This document shows positions 30,923-39,388 of a DNA stretch of 64,000 nucleotides, piece after piece. The notes below the pieces were generated by a model. That model had not been told where the DNA came from. It saw only the letters and a list, made by a program, of their open reading frames with translations, and did no database searches. The translations under genes and the position numbers were made by a program. The DNA is taken from NCBI GenBank assembly GCA_016839815.1, contig JAEOTM010000041.1, forward strand, positions 42,366-106,365. Direction: 5' to 3'. This DNA comes from Candidatus Hodarchaeota archaeon (GTDB lineage: Archaea > Asgardarchaeota > Heimdallarchaeia > Hodarchaeales > Hodarchaeaceae). The stretch's first letter is position 1, and every line of letters starts with the position of its first letter.

Positions 30923-31161
30923 ATGACGAGTGTAAAAATTGCCTGTATTGGAGGAGATTTTATTGATCCAGAAGTGGTTGCAGAAGGAATCAAGATATTA
31001 AAATGTATCAATAAGCTAAATGATTAAGACCACGATCTTTTAGAAATAGAAAAAGCAGCAGAAGTCCTATTAAAAGATGTAAGTGTCTTCCTTGCGACTT
31101 AGGAGGCAATGCAAAAACAGTTGATATTGGTACAAAGCTTTGTTATATCTTACGTTCGTGA
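30923..31161 (+). pseudogene. Remnant of an isocitrate/isopropylmalate dehydrogenase family gene (internal deletion, stop, frameshift)
   Basis: 30923-31027 reads MTSVKIACIGGDFIDPEVVAEGIKIL (family N-terminus), stop, then IEKAAEVLLKD, then frameshifted PCDLGGNAKTVDIG (family C-terminus). Confidence 0.8.
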
Positions 31162-31162
31162 T

Positions 31163-32458
31163 CTATGAAAGAAGTGCTTCTCCACTTAGTTTCCCTTCAA
31201 AGATAGTTTCTGGATGTTGAAATTGAGAAAGCTCTGACGATACACCTGTCTGTAACACTTCCTCAACAACTTCAAAGACGAGATCGTTTGAAATTAAGGA
31301 CTTTAATTTAGTTTTAGAAAGAGAACTAACAGATTGGGAAGACTGTTCTATCATCCGTCCAATTTTTGCATAATCCACATATTTTTTCCATGATTGTTCT
31401 CTTACATACTGATAATAATACGTCAGATTGAATAGAATGGTACTCACAACATAATTTATCTTAATAACATAAGGAGGAAGATATCGAGGAATTCGGTCGG
31501 GAATTTTGTTCTTAAAACACAGTTCGTGAACAAATTTCACGCCGTTATTTAAATAATCCACGTCCTTACGCGGCATACCATATTTGTTATCATTAGAATA
31601 TAGATCCTTATAGAGGTTACCGAGTTGAGGATAGTGATTTTGAATAGTTGTCAGCATTTCTCTCTTGTTTCTTCCAGGTTTTAGAGTAAGACCAGCAGGA
31701 AGTACAAATTTCGTGCCTATTTCCTTTCCTTTCATCACTATGTTTTTCAAATTTCCCTCTGTGTCGCCAACACCAGGTAAAATTGGCATAAGCATGATTC
31801 CACCAGGAATCTCATTTTTTCTAATTGTTTGAAGGGTAGAAAATCGATCATCAATTGAATGGGATTTTGGTTCAAAAATTTTCCTGATTTCATCATCCAT
31901 TAGGGTAATTGAGAGTGAAACATTTGCATACGATTGCGCATGAATTTTCTTTATGAGCTCAAGATCCCGAAGAACCAACGCACTTTTAGTAAGGATAGAA
32001 ATCGGTACTCTAAATCTATACGCCACTTTGAGTAATTTTCTGGTAATTTTAAACCTTTTTTCTGCTTGTTGATAGACATCACATACTCCTCCGCCAATAG
32101 CAAATAATGTAAGAATCTTTTGAGGGATTCTTTCTTCTGAATTCGTACTAGAGATGTACTGGTCTAAAGCTGGTCTTTCTTTGGGTATATATCCTAAAGA
32201 AAGTAATTCTTTTTCAAAATATCTCTGGGAATCTGTTTTCACTCGAATTTGAGAATTAAAATTGTCGAGTCTGTACCATTCTGCTTTTCCATCACAATAC
32301 CTACAATTGTGTTCACAGCCACGATAAGGATTTATGGAAGCATTAACCCAAAACCACGAATCAGGACTTTCATAAATATTAAGAACTTTTCCAGAAGTTT
32401 TGACTTCCTGATAGTGAACTGGTACTTTAATCAAGCCTCCTTTATCGAGGTTTGCCAT
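31163..32458 (-). CDS. Radical SAM protein, SplB/Rv2578c-like
   Basis: SINPYRGCEHNCRYC, DVYQQAE, ILTKS, RDL, FEP. Confidence 0.88.
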   Translation of the reverse strand: MANLDKGGLIKVPVHYQEVKTSGKVLNIYESPDSWFWVNASINPYRGCEHNCRYCDGKAEWYRLDNFNSQIRVKTDSQRYFEKELLSLGYIPKERPALDQYISSTNSEERIPQKILTLFAIGGGVCDVYQQAEKRFKITRKLLKVAYRFRVPISILTKSALVLRDLELIKKIHAQSYANVSLSITLMDDEIRKIFEPKSHSIDDRFSTLQTIRKNEIPGGIMLMPILPGVGDTEGNLKNIVMKGKEIGTKFVLPAGLTLKPGRNKREMLTTIQNHYPQLGNLYKDLYSNDNKYGMPRKDVDYLNNGVKFVHELCFKNKIPDRIPRYLPPYVIKINYVVSTILFNLTYYYQYVREQSWKKYVDYAKIGRMIEQSSQSVSSLSKTKLKSLISNDLVFEVVEEVLQTGVSSELSQFQHPETIFEGKLSGEALLS

Positions 32459-33590
32459 TCCTCAATTGGGTAACGAATTCTCTTATAACTTCTAGATACT
32501 CCTCTTTCTGTAGATATGAATCGTTACTCCTTTTAAATTGGCACAAAAAGAAGATTTGTGTTACGAATTCACTGGTGTTTATCCCAGTTGCTCTTACCCA
32601 ACGTTTAATTTCGTACCTATCCTTTTTTTGAGGGAATTTCTTCCAAGAAATGAATAAACGGTGTAATAGTTGCTGCTGACGGATTGAAAGATCTATATTC
32701 TGGGTTATATGGTCAAAATGTGATTTCTTAAGCCGATTCTCTTCTGAAAACAGTAAAAGAACCCCAAATAGACGTGTAATCTCATCACCTGTCGTTATAT
32801 CACAAAATTTGTCTATCAAAATAGAGAGTTGTTCATGCTGATTGATTGAATTATCAAAAGGAAAGTTTGGGAATATCCCATGTAAAATTCTATTTTGATG
32901 GAGTAATATCAATCCACTCTGAAAGTTCTGAACTCTTAAGAATTTTAATAATTCCAATTGAATTACTTTGGTACTTCTAAACTTGACTGATTCACCGATT
33001 GAGTGTACAGCTGATAGAATATTTGGTTCAGGAGATAAGTTAAACTTAGACATAAATCTTGCTAAGCGAATTACTCTTAATCCATCTTCTCTTAATCGAA
33101 TGTTTGGATCTCCTATCATACTAATCGAATGATTGAGAATATCATCCCATCCTCCATATTTATCCACGATTTCCTTCTTCTTTGGATCATATAAAATTGA
33201 ATTAATTCGGAAATCTCGTCTAATCAGGTCATCATCCAATGAATTCACAAATGTGACTTTAGGTGGCTGGCCATATGTAGTGAATGTTTCTCTTCTGTAT
33301 GTACTGATATCATATGCAATTTTTCCCACGATGGCGAGAACTGTCCCATATTTTCCTCCAATAGGTTTCGTTTTTATATCCTCAGCCGTGAACCACTTAA
33401 TAATTTGCTCTGGTAAGGCATTTGTAGCAACATCGAAATCTTTAACCTGATGTCCACATAAAAAATCTCGGACAGCCCCACCGATAATGAATACTTCTTT
33501 TCTGTGTCGTTGGAGCGTTCTTATAATCTTAAGTAACCCAGGTACCAATAATTTAGAGAATTCTTCTCCTTTTTGCTTGAATTCCGCCAC
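32442..33590 (-). CDS. cca: Class II tRNA nucleotidyltransferase / poly(A) polymerase family
   Basis: IGGAVRD, DFDVAT, DDLIRRDFRIN, RLREDGLRVIRLARF. Confidence 0.85.
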   Translation of the reverse strand: MAEFKQKGEEFSKLLVPGLLKIIRTLQRHRKEVFIIGGAVRDFLCGHQVKDFDVATNALPEQIIKWFTAEDIKTKPIGGKYGTVLAIVGKIAYDISTYRRETFTTYGQPPKVTFVNSLDDDLIRRDFRINSILYDPKKKEIVDKYGGWDDILNHSISMIGDPNIRLREDGLRVIRLARFMSKFNLSPEPNILSAVHSIGESVKFRSTKVIQLELLKFLRVQNFQSGLILLHQNRILHGIFPNFPFDNSINQHEQLSILIDKFCDITTGDEITRLFGVLLLFSEENRLKKSHFDHITQNIDLSIRQQQLLHRLFISWKKFPQKKDRYEIKRWVRATGINTSEFVTQIFFLCQFKRSNDSYLQKEEYLEVIREFVTQLRNGKPR

Positions 33591-33716
33591 TATGTCATCT
33601 CATCTAGGAGTCATAAACTTAAACAGAGTGATAATCTGCTTTGATAATATGTTTTCGCTTATCTTCTAAAGATGGGGCATATAAATTAATAAACTCCCCG
33701 ATTGGAATAAGAATTT

Positions 33717-34442
33717 GTGATATCTCGTGAGTCAAAAATTACCGTAATATCTGGTTCTGGCATTTCTAAAGCCTCTGGGATTCCCACATTCAGAGGTAAA
33801 GACGGTTTATGGAAGCAGTATGATTTCATGGAGCTCGCCACCCCTCAAGCATTCCAGAGGGATCCCCACCTTGTGTGGGAATGGTATTATTGGCGGTTAG
33901 GGCTTATCTCACAAACAAAGCCTAATAAAGCTCATCTAGCTTTGAAAACACTGGAACAGGCAGGATGGGATATAGTGATCCTTACCCAAAATGTCGACAA
34001 CTTGCATGAGCGCGCTGGATCAAGTAAAGTCCTACATCTTCATGGAGAGATCTTTAAGAGACGGTGTACTCAGTGTCTGGATATTTCTTTTTGGCCTTCT
34101 TCGGAAGAGTTTGGAATCCCGAATATCCCCACATGTTCTAAATGTAACTCAAATCTTAGACCAGCGGTGGTATGGTTTAATGAAACATTAGATCCTAAAA
34201 TTGTTAATGAATCCTATAGTAGATTAAAGGAAACTGATTTTCTACTCATTGTGGGAACTTCAGGGTTAGTTTACCCTGCTGCAAACTTCCCTTATATTGC
34301 TAAGCAGGAAAATCGGTATTTGGAGATATATGAATTTAATTTAGAGTCAACCCCATTATCTTCATTAGTGAATAGAACGATTCTAGGACCTGTTGAGAAT
34401 ACTCTTCCTGAATTTGTATCTAAAGTCATTAAAGAGTCGTAA
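33717..34442 (+). CDS. cobB: Sir2-family NAD-dependent deacylase (class III)
   Basis: GSGISKASGIPTFRG, WYYWR (YxxR), TQNVDNLHERAG, LHG, two CxxC pairs, RPAVVWF, VGTSG. Confidence 0.93.
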   Translation: MISRESKITVISGSGISKASGIPTFRGKDGLWKQYDFMELATPQAFQRDPHLVWEWYYWRLGLISQTKPNKAHLALKTLEQAGWDIVILTQNVDNLHERAGSSKVLHLHGEIFKRRCTQCLDISFWPSSEEFGIPNIPTCSKCNSNLRPAVVWFNETLDPKIVNESYSRLKETDFLLIVGTSGLVYPAANFPYIAKQENRYLEIYEFNLESTPLSSLVNRTILGPVENTLPEFVSKVIKES

Positions 34443-34469
34443 AGTAAATCTATAAGCTAGTCATGCCGA

Positions 34470-34572
34470 ATAAGGGGGGGAGGGAGTGGTATGCTAGGAT
34501 TTCTGTATCCTAAGATCCAGAACTTGAGAGAAGACCAAGAAAACCTTTTTAAAAAGTTCCTAGCATACCAGC
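34470..34572 (-). ncRNA. Candidate structured small RNA (or bidirectional terminator element)
   Basis: 13-bp perfect inverted repeat 34487-34499 / 34558-34570 enclosing a second hairpin; TATA-like TTAAATA about 25 nt upstream on the minus strand; C-rich 3' tail. Confidence 0.35.
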
Positions 34573-34701
34573 TTGATACTAGGCACTCCTAGCTATTTAA
34601 GATTTTATAGTTTTTAAACTCTTAAGAGAGAGTGATGGTGATTTAGATTTTAGAGAAAATTTTCCCAAATCACTGAAATTTAACGTTACCCTAGCAAACG
34701 C

Positions 34702-35235
34702 TTATTTGAAGCATTCACTTAACAGTGCCATCGCAACGATAGTTTTACCATCTTGAATTTCACCTGAATGAATCTTTTCGTTTATTTCTGTCTGAGAAAG
34801 TATCTCTAACTTTGAGATTTCATCTAAGGGATATTCATAATCAGGAATTCTCTTTAATTTAGTTCCCTTATAGAAATACAAACGCTCATTACTGTATCCG
34901 ATTGCTGGTACATATGTTAAAAGAAATTCAAGATTACTAGCTGAATACCCAGTTTCTTCAATTAATTCTCTCCTAGCACATTCCTCTGCTGTTTCACCTT
35001 TATCAATCTTCCCAGCAGGAATCTCCAAAGTTTCCTCTTGGATGGAATATCTGAATTGTTTAACCAAGATTATCCTTCCATCCTCCAAAATTGGAATAAC
35101 CGCTGATGCATCCGGATGAAGAACCCTAATACGCTCTGTAATTCTTCCTGAGGGTAATTTTGCCTCATCAAGATTAACTGAAAACGATTTACCATGAATT
35201 GTTGACACAGTCCTAAGTTTTTCTTCCTTTGGCAT
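34702..35235 (-). CDS. Nudix hydrolase, ADP-ribose pyrophosphatase-like
   Basis: LVKQFRY, EIPAGKIDKGETAEECARRELIEETGY Nudix box, IQDGKT. Confidence 0.92.
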   Translation of the reverse strand: MPKEEKLRTVSTIHGKSFSVNLDEAKLPSGRITERIRVLHPDASAVIPILEDGRIILVKQFRYSIQEETLEIPAGKIDKGETAEECARRELIEETGYSASNLEFLLTYVPAIGYSNERLYFYKGTKLKRIPDYEYPLDEISKLEILSQTEINEKIHSGEIQDGKTIVAMALLSECFK

Positions 35236-35268
35236 ACAACGACTTCCAACGAAATAAGAAGAAATTAA

Positions 35269-36807
35269 TCAATATTGTTTTCCGACGTATACGAAGCATC
35301 CTGCCTGTTTTCCACAGATAAAGCATTTTTCATTTTTGGATGGAACTTCTTTCTCCTTAACATCAATACCGCGGACTTCTGCACCAGCCAATTGGTCTTT
35401 GATTTCCTCAGCACAAGGTTCTCCATCTAACTCGATACTACACCATGGAATTTTAACCATTTTTCGAGCTTTAATCTGTTCCACTAACTCATCAAGTGTA
35501 TCAGCCCTAGACAAACGAGAATCGAAAAAGTCTTGAGCTCGTCTTTTTATCGACTTGTCCAGATTAGCCCCCATTTCTTGAATTGTTGTCTTTAATTCAG
35601 ATCTCGTCACGAGTGTTTTCTCTCGAGTATCTCGTCTAAAAATCGTGACCTTTCCTTCTTGAGCCTCACGACGACCGATTTCAAGACGTAAAGGAACCCC
35701 TTTCATCTCCCAGAAATAGTATTTGTCTCCAGGACGTCTATCACTGTCGTCAATATGTACACGATAACCCATTGCTTTAGCTAGTGATTTGAGTTCTTCT
35801 GCATAGGCTTTAACTTTGGTTGCTTGTTTCTTAGCTAGGATTGGTATAATTATCAATTGAATTGGTGCAACTTCGAACGGAAAGATTAAGCCAGAATCAT
35901 CCCCATGGACGGCAATCATTCCGCCAAAAATCCGTGAAATGGCTGGGCCGTAACAGGTTTGGAAGGCTGCATGCGATTCCCCTTCATCATCCATGTAATT
36001 AATGTCAAAAGCTTTAGAGAACTTATCTCCTAACAGATGAGTAGAGGGTAATTGAAGAAACCGGCCATCAGGCATTAATGTATCTGCAGCATATGTGTGT
36101 ACTGCACCTGCAAATTTATCCCATTCAGGACGCTGAAATTGTATAAATGGTATACCAAAACGGCCATTCATAACATTAAATGAAATCTGCATATCTTCAC
36201 GAGTTTGTGCTATTGCCTCATCCATTGTAGCAAAGACGTTATGTGATTCAATCCATATAAATTCGCGTCCTCGAAGAAATGGACGTGTGGATTTCCCTTC
36301 ATATCTAAATACACTTCCACTTTGATATAATTTCAACGGGAGATCTCGCCAGCTCCTTATCCACAAAGAATAGAGGGGATACATTGCTGTTTCAGATGTG
36401 GGTCTTAGAGCTAATCGTTCTTCAAGAATATCACCCTTTCCTGCCGTTGTGACCCAAAAAACTTCAGGTGTAAACCCTTCTACATGATCTGCCTCAATTT
36501 GGAAATTTGATTCTGGGATGACCATGGGAAAAATAACTGGATTATGCCCGAAATCATCAAGTTCCTGTTCATAAAGATCGAACATCTTCTTTATTGCTAT
36601 AGTTGACCAGGGTTGATACACTAGAAAACCTTTCACGCCATATCGCATGTCAGCTAGTTCAGCAGTTTGCACAATCTTAGTAAACCATTCTGAAAAATTA
36701 GACTCCTTTGAGATATTGAATGTGACCAAGCTAGAATCTTCTTTTGGTGGATTTTTTTCTACTGGTGGTTTCTTTGCTGTTTTCTTTGTTTTTTTCTTCG
36801 CCATCAT
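35269..36807 (-). CDS. proS: Proline--tRNA ligase, archaeal/eukaryotic type
   Basis: HVEGFTPE, LRPTSET, FRYE..RPFLRGREF, APIQ, WEMKGVPLRLEIG, C-terminal Zn site and terminal Tyr. Confidence 0.97.
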   Translation of the reverse strand: MMAKKKTKKTAKKPPVEKNPPKEDSSLVTFNISKESNFSEWFTKIVQTAELADMRYGVKGFLVYQPWSTIAIKKMFDLYEQELDDFGHNPVIFPMVIPESNFQIEADHVEGFTPEVFWVTTAGKGDILEERLALRPTSETAMYPLYSLWIRSWRDLPLKLYQSGSVFRYEGKSTRPFLRGREFIWIESHNVFATMDEAIAQTREDMQISFNVMNGRFGIPFIQFQRPEWDKFAGAVHTYAADTLMPDGRFLQLPSTHLLGDKFSKAFDINYMDDEGESHAAFQTCYGPAISRIFGGMIAVHGDDSGLIFPFEVAPIQLIIIPILAKKQATKVKAYAEELKSLAKAMGYRVHIDDSDRRPGDKYYFWEMKGVPLRLEIGRREAQEGKVTIFRRDTREKTLVTRSELKTTIQEMGANLDKSIKRRAQDFFDSRLSRADTLDELVEQIKARKMVKIPWCSIELDGEPCAEEIKDQLAGAEVRGIDVKEKEVPSKNEKCFICGKQAGCFVYVGKQY

Positions 36808-37069
36808 CAGACACCAATTTTCAGTACTCAGGATAATAACTTTGACTTAAAATTATGATCATAAAAAGAATTTAAGATAGATTTTTTCAAGAGTTGTTGT
36901 TGTATACTTAGAAACGAGACCCAATGTCGATTATTCGTAAGGAAAACGATCCATCCTTTATAACAACTCCAATCATCCTTATTCAGAACTGATTTTTAAG
37001 CTTCTCATTCATTCGATTTCTATTCTCGAAAAACTAGATTTTTGAGATTAGGTTCAGGATATTTTCTGT

Positions 37070-37981
37070 ATGAGGATAATAAAAGGGAATTGGTTTATCT
37101 TAATTATTTTAATCGTACTAGGAACTAATATTACTATCCTCTCAAGTGGTAATTCAGCCCTTTCATTTACAACAGATTCTCGTTATAATTATGCCGTATC
37201 ATGCACTGACTATTGTGGATCAAGAGTTTGGGATGCAACCAATCTAGATGCAGATCTATTCTTTATCATTACCAGCATAAGCGAATTAGATGATGTGGTA
37301 TCAATATATACACGATATAACAGCACATCACTCGCAAATCACGACAATCCTGACTACGGAATTTACACATTGAATGAATCTTATTCTTATTTATCGAGGG
37401 AGAGTAAGACAATGAATGGGAAATATTCTTGGCATTGGAGTACCCTCGAACCTACATTTAATATCTCAGTTCCCTCCTTCTTCCTTGCCCATGCTCATAC
37501 AAGTTTCGAGAATAATAGTTTTCTCCTTCAAAGAAATTCGAAACTGATAGATATCGAGATTTCATCTCAATATACCTTCCAGACATATCAATATTCAGGA
37601 AAATGGATACAAAGCTACATTGTAGGAAGTTCCAATTTTATTGATGAAGCTACGCTTACTGCTTCATATGATCTGGAGACAGGAATCCTCTTACGAATGG
37701 AAATCGATATGATTTCTACCCAAATCCCCATTGGTCCACTTTCTTTAGAAATCAATGTCGATGCTGTGGGGTCCTTCAAAATAACTTTACTTCTGCCCTC
37801 GAATCAAACAACAGATGCGTTTGCTTTGATCGTAGGAATATTATCTCTAATATCTATTATCCTTTTTCTGAACAAACGAGATTCCAGATTTAACAAAGAT
37901 CACCTGATCTATGAAGGAAAAGATATAATAAGGATCTTCGATAAATCAGTATGCCACTACGATCGGTGCTTACAGGAATAA
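37070..37981 (+). CDS. Hypothetical surface protein (signal peptide, C-terminal TM)
   Basis: Hydrophobic N-terminus, multiple NxS/T sequons, YDLETGILL, TM near C-terminus. Confidence 0.65.
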   Translation: MRIIKGNWFILIILIVLGTNITILSSGNSALSFTTDSRYNYAVSCTDYCGSRVWDATNLDADLFFIITSISELDDVVSIYTRYNSTSLANHDNPDYGIYTLNESYSYLSRESKTMNGKYSWHWSTLEPTFNISVPSFFLAHAHTSFENNSFLLQRNSKLIDIEISSQYTFQTYQYSGKWIQSYIVGSSNFIDEATLTASYDLETGILLRMEIDMISTQIPIGPLSLEINVDAVGSFKITLLLPSNQTTDAFALIVGILSLISIILFLNKRDSRFNKDHLIYEGKDIIRIFDKSVCHYDRCLQE

Positions 37982-39102
37982 GGATATTAGATCTAACAAC
38001 AAACCTTCCTGGGCCATTAGCCACTCAGATTTTAGGCGATTTTGGAGCAGATGTTATTAAAGTTGAATCTTTAACTGGAGATCCTGTTAGGTATTATCCT
38101 CCATTTGTTGATCAAGATTCACAACTCAATCTACTACTTAATCGAAACAAACGGTCGCTTGCTCTCAATCTTAAACAAGAGGAGGGATTGGAGATTCTGA
38201 AAAAATTAGTTGAATCTTCTGATGTTTTTATTGTGGGTTTTAGACCTTCAACTGTAAAAAAATTGAGGATCGACTTTGTAAACCTTTCTAAAATTAATCC
38301 AAAGCTAATCTATATTCAATTAACTGGATATGGATCTACAGATAATAGAGTAGGCCACGATTTAAATTATATTGGAGAAGCTGGGATTTTAAATCTTACA
38401 GGTCCCCAAGAAAAACCAGTTGTTCCAGGTGTTCCGATTGCTGATATCGGAGGGGGAAGCTTACCAAGTGTAATCACAATTCTAGGTGCTTTACTCCAAC
38501 GAAAAGAAGAACCTCAATATTTTGATATATCAATGGTTGATCATTTACTCCCATGGTTATCTGTTGTTGCAGCAGAATATTTAGCAGGCTTAGGTGAACC
38601 TGAGAGAACCTTACATGCCCTTTCAGGATATGTTCCCTGGTATAGACTCTATCACACAAAGGATCAGAAATATATCACGTTTGCTCCACTCGAGAGTAAG
38701 TTCTGGGAGAATTTTTGTAAAGCTATTAATCGAAAAGATTTGTTAGATAAACAATATAATTTGGAATTATGTGATGGAGAACTTCCCAAAATTTTTCTGT
38801 CACGAACATCGATCGAATGGAATGAGATATTTACGCAATTCGATATCCCAGGAGGAGAACTTCTTACTTTACGGGAAGTATTTAACAAAAATAAAAGAAT
38901 CAGTAAAATTAGTCATTCAGAAATGGGAATAATACAATTGATTTCGTCTCCTTATCTAGATCCACATACTTCGCATGATTGGAAAATCGCTCCTAAATTG
39001 GGAGAGCATTCGGAGGAAATTCTAGCGGAGATAGGGATGGAAGATAATGTTGAACAGTACAAGGATCTAGGAATCATCGGAACTTACGATTCTGAATTTT
39101 AA
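37951..39102 (+). CDS. CoA-transferase family III (CaiB/BaiF, AMACR-like)
   Basis: RILDLTTNLPGP, GADVIKVE, NRNKRS, GHDLNY, ADIGGG, APKLGEHSEEIL. Confidence 0.92.
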   Translation: MPLRSVLTGIRILDLTTNLPGPLATQILGDFGADVIKVESLTGDPVRYYPPFVDQDSQLNLLLNRNKRSLALNLKQEEGLEILKKLVESSDVFIVGFRPSTVKKLRIDFVNLSKINPKLIYIQLTGYGSTDNRVGHDLNYIGEAGILNLTGPQEKPVVPGVPIADIGGGSLPSVITILGALLQRKEEPQYFDISMVDHLLPWLSVVAAEYLAGLGEPERTLHALSGYVPWYRLYHTKDQKYITFAPLESKFWENFCKAINRKDLLDKQYNLELCDGELPKIFLSRTSIEWNEIFTQFDIPGGELLTLREVFNKNKRISKISHSEMGIIQLISSPYLDPHTSHDWKIAPKLGEHSEEILAEIGMEDNVEQYKDLGIIGTYDSEF

Positions 39103-39388
39103 GTTCAGATTTAAAATTCCTACTCGTCTTCTTCTCAACTTTCTTTATTAAACTGGTTTTTACTATTATAATGACTGTTTATTTTACGATTGGTATCCAA
39201 GTAATGGAAAATTCACTTAGTAAATATGTTTGTGCTATTTAAGATTAAAATTGTTGATAAAACGTATTTTGCTATGAATGATCAACGTTGCGTAATGTTT
39301 ATAAAGCGTGATCAATTAAGTAAGATCAGAAATCTTAAGTATGTAAATAACCAATAAGAAAGGTAATTAAAAAAAGAAGGAGATTGAA

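Noticed and set aside
30814-31011. 65-aa minus-strand ORF
   Set aside because: Shadow of the plus-strand dehydrogenase pseudogene
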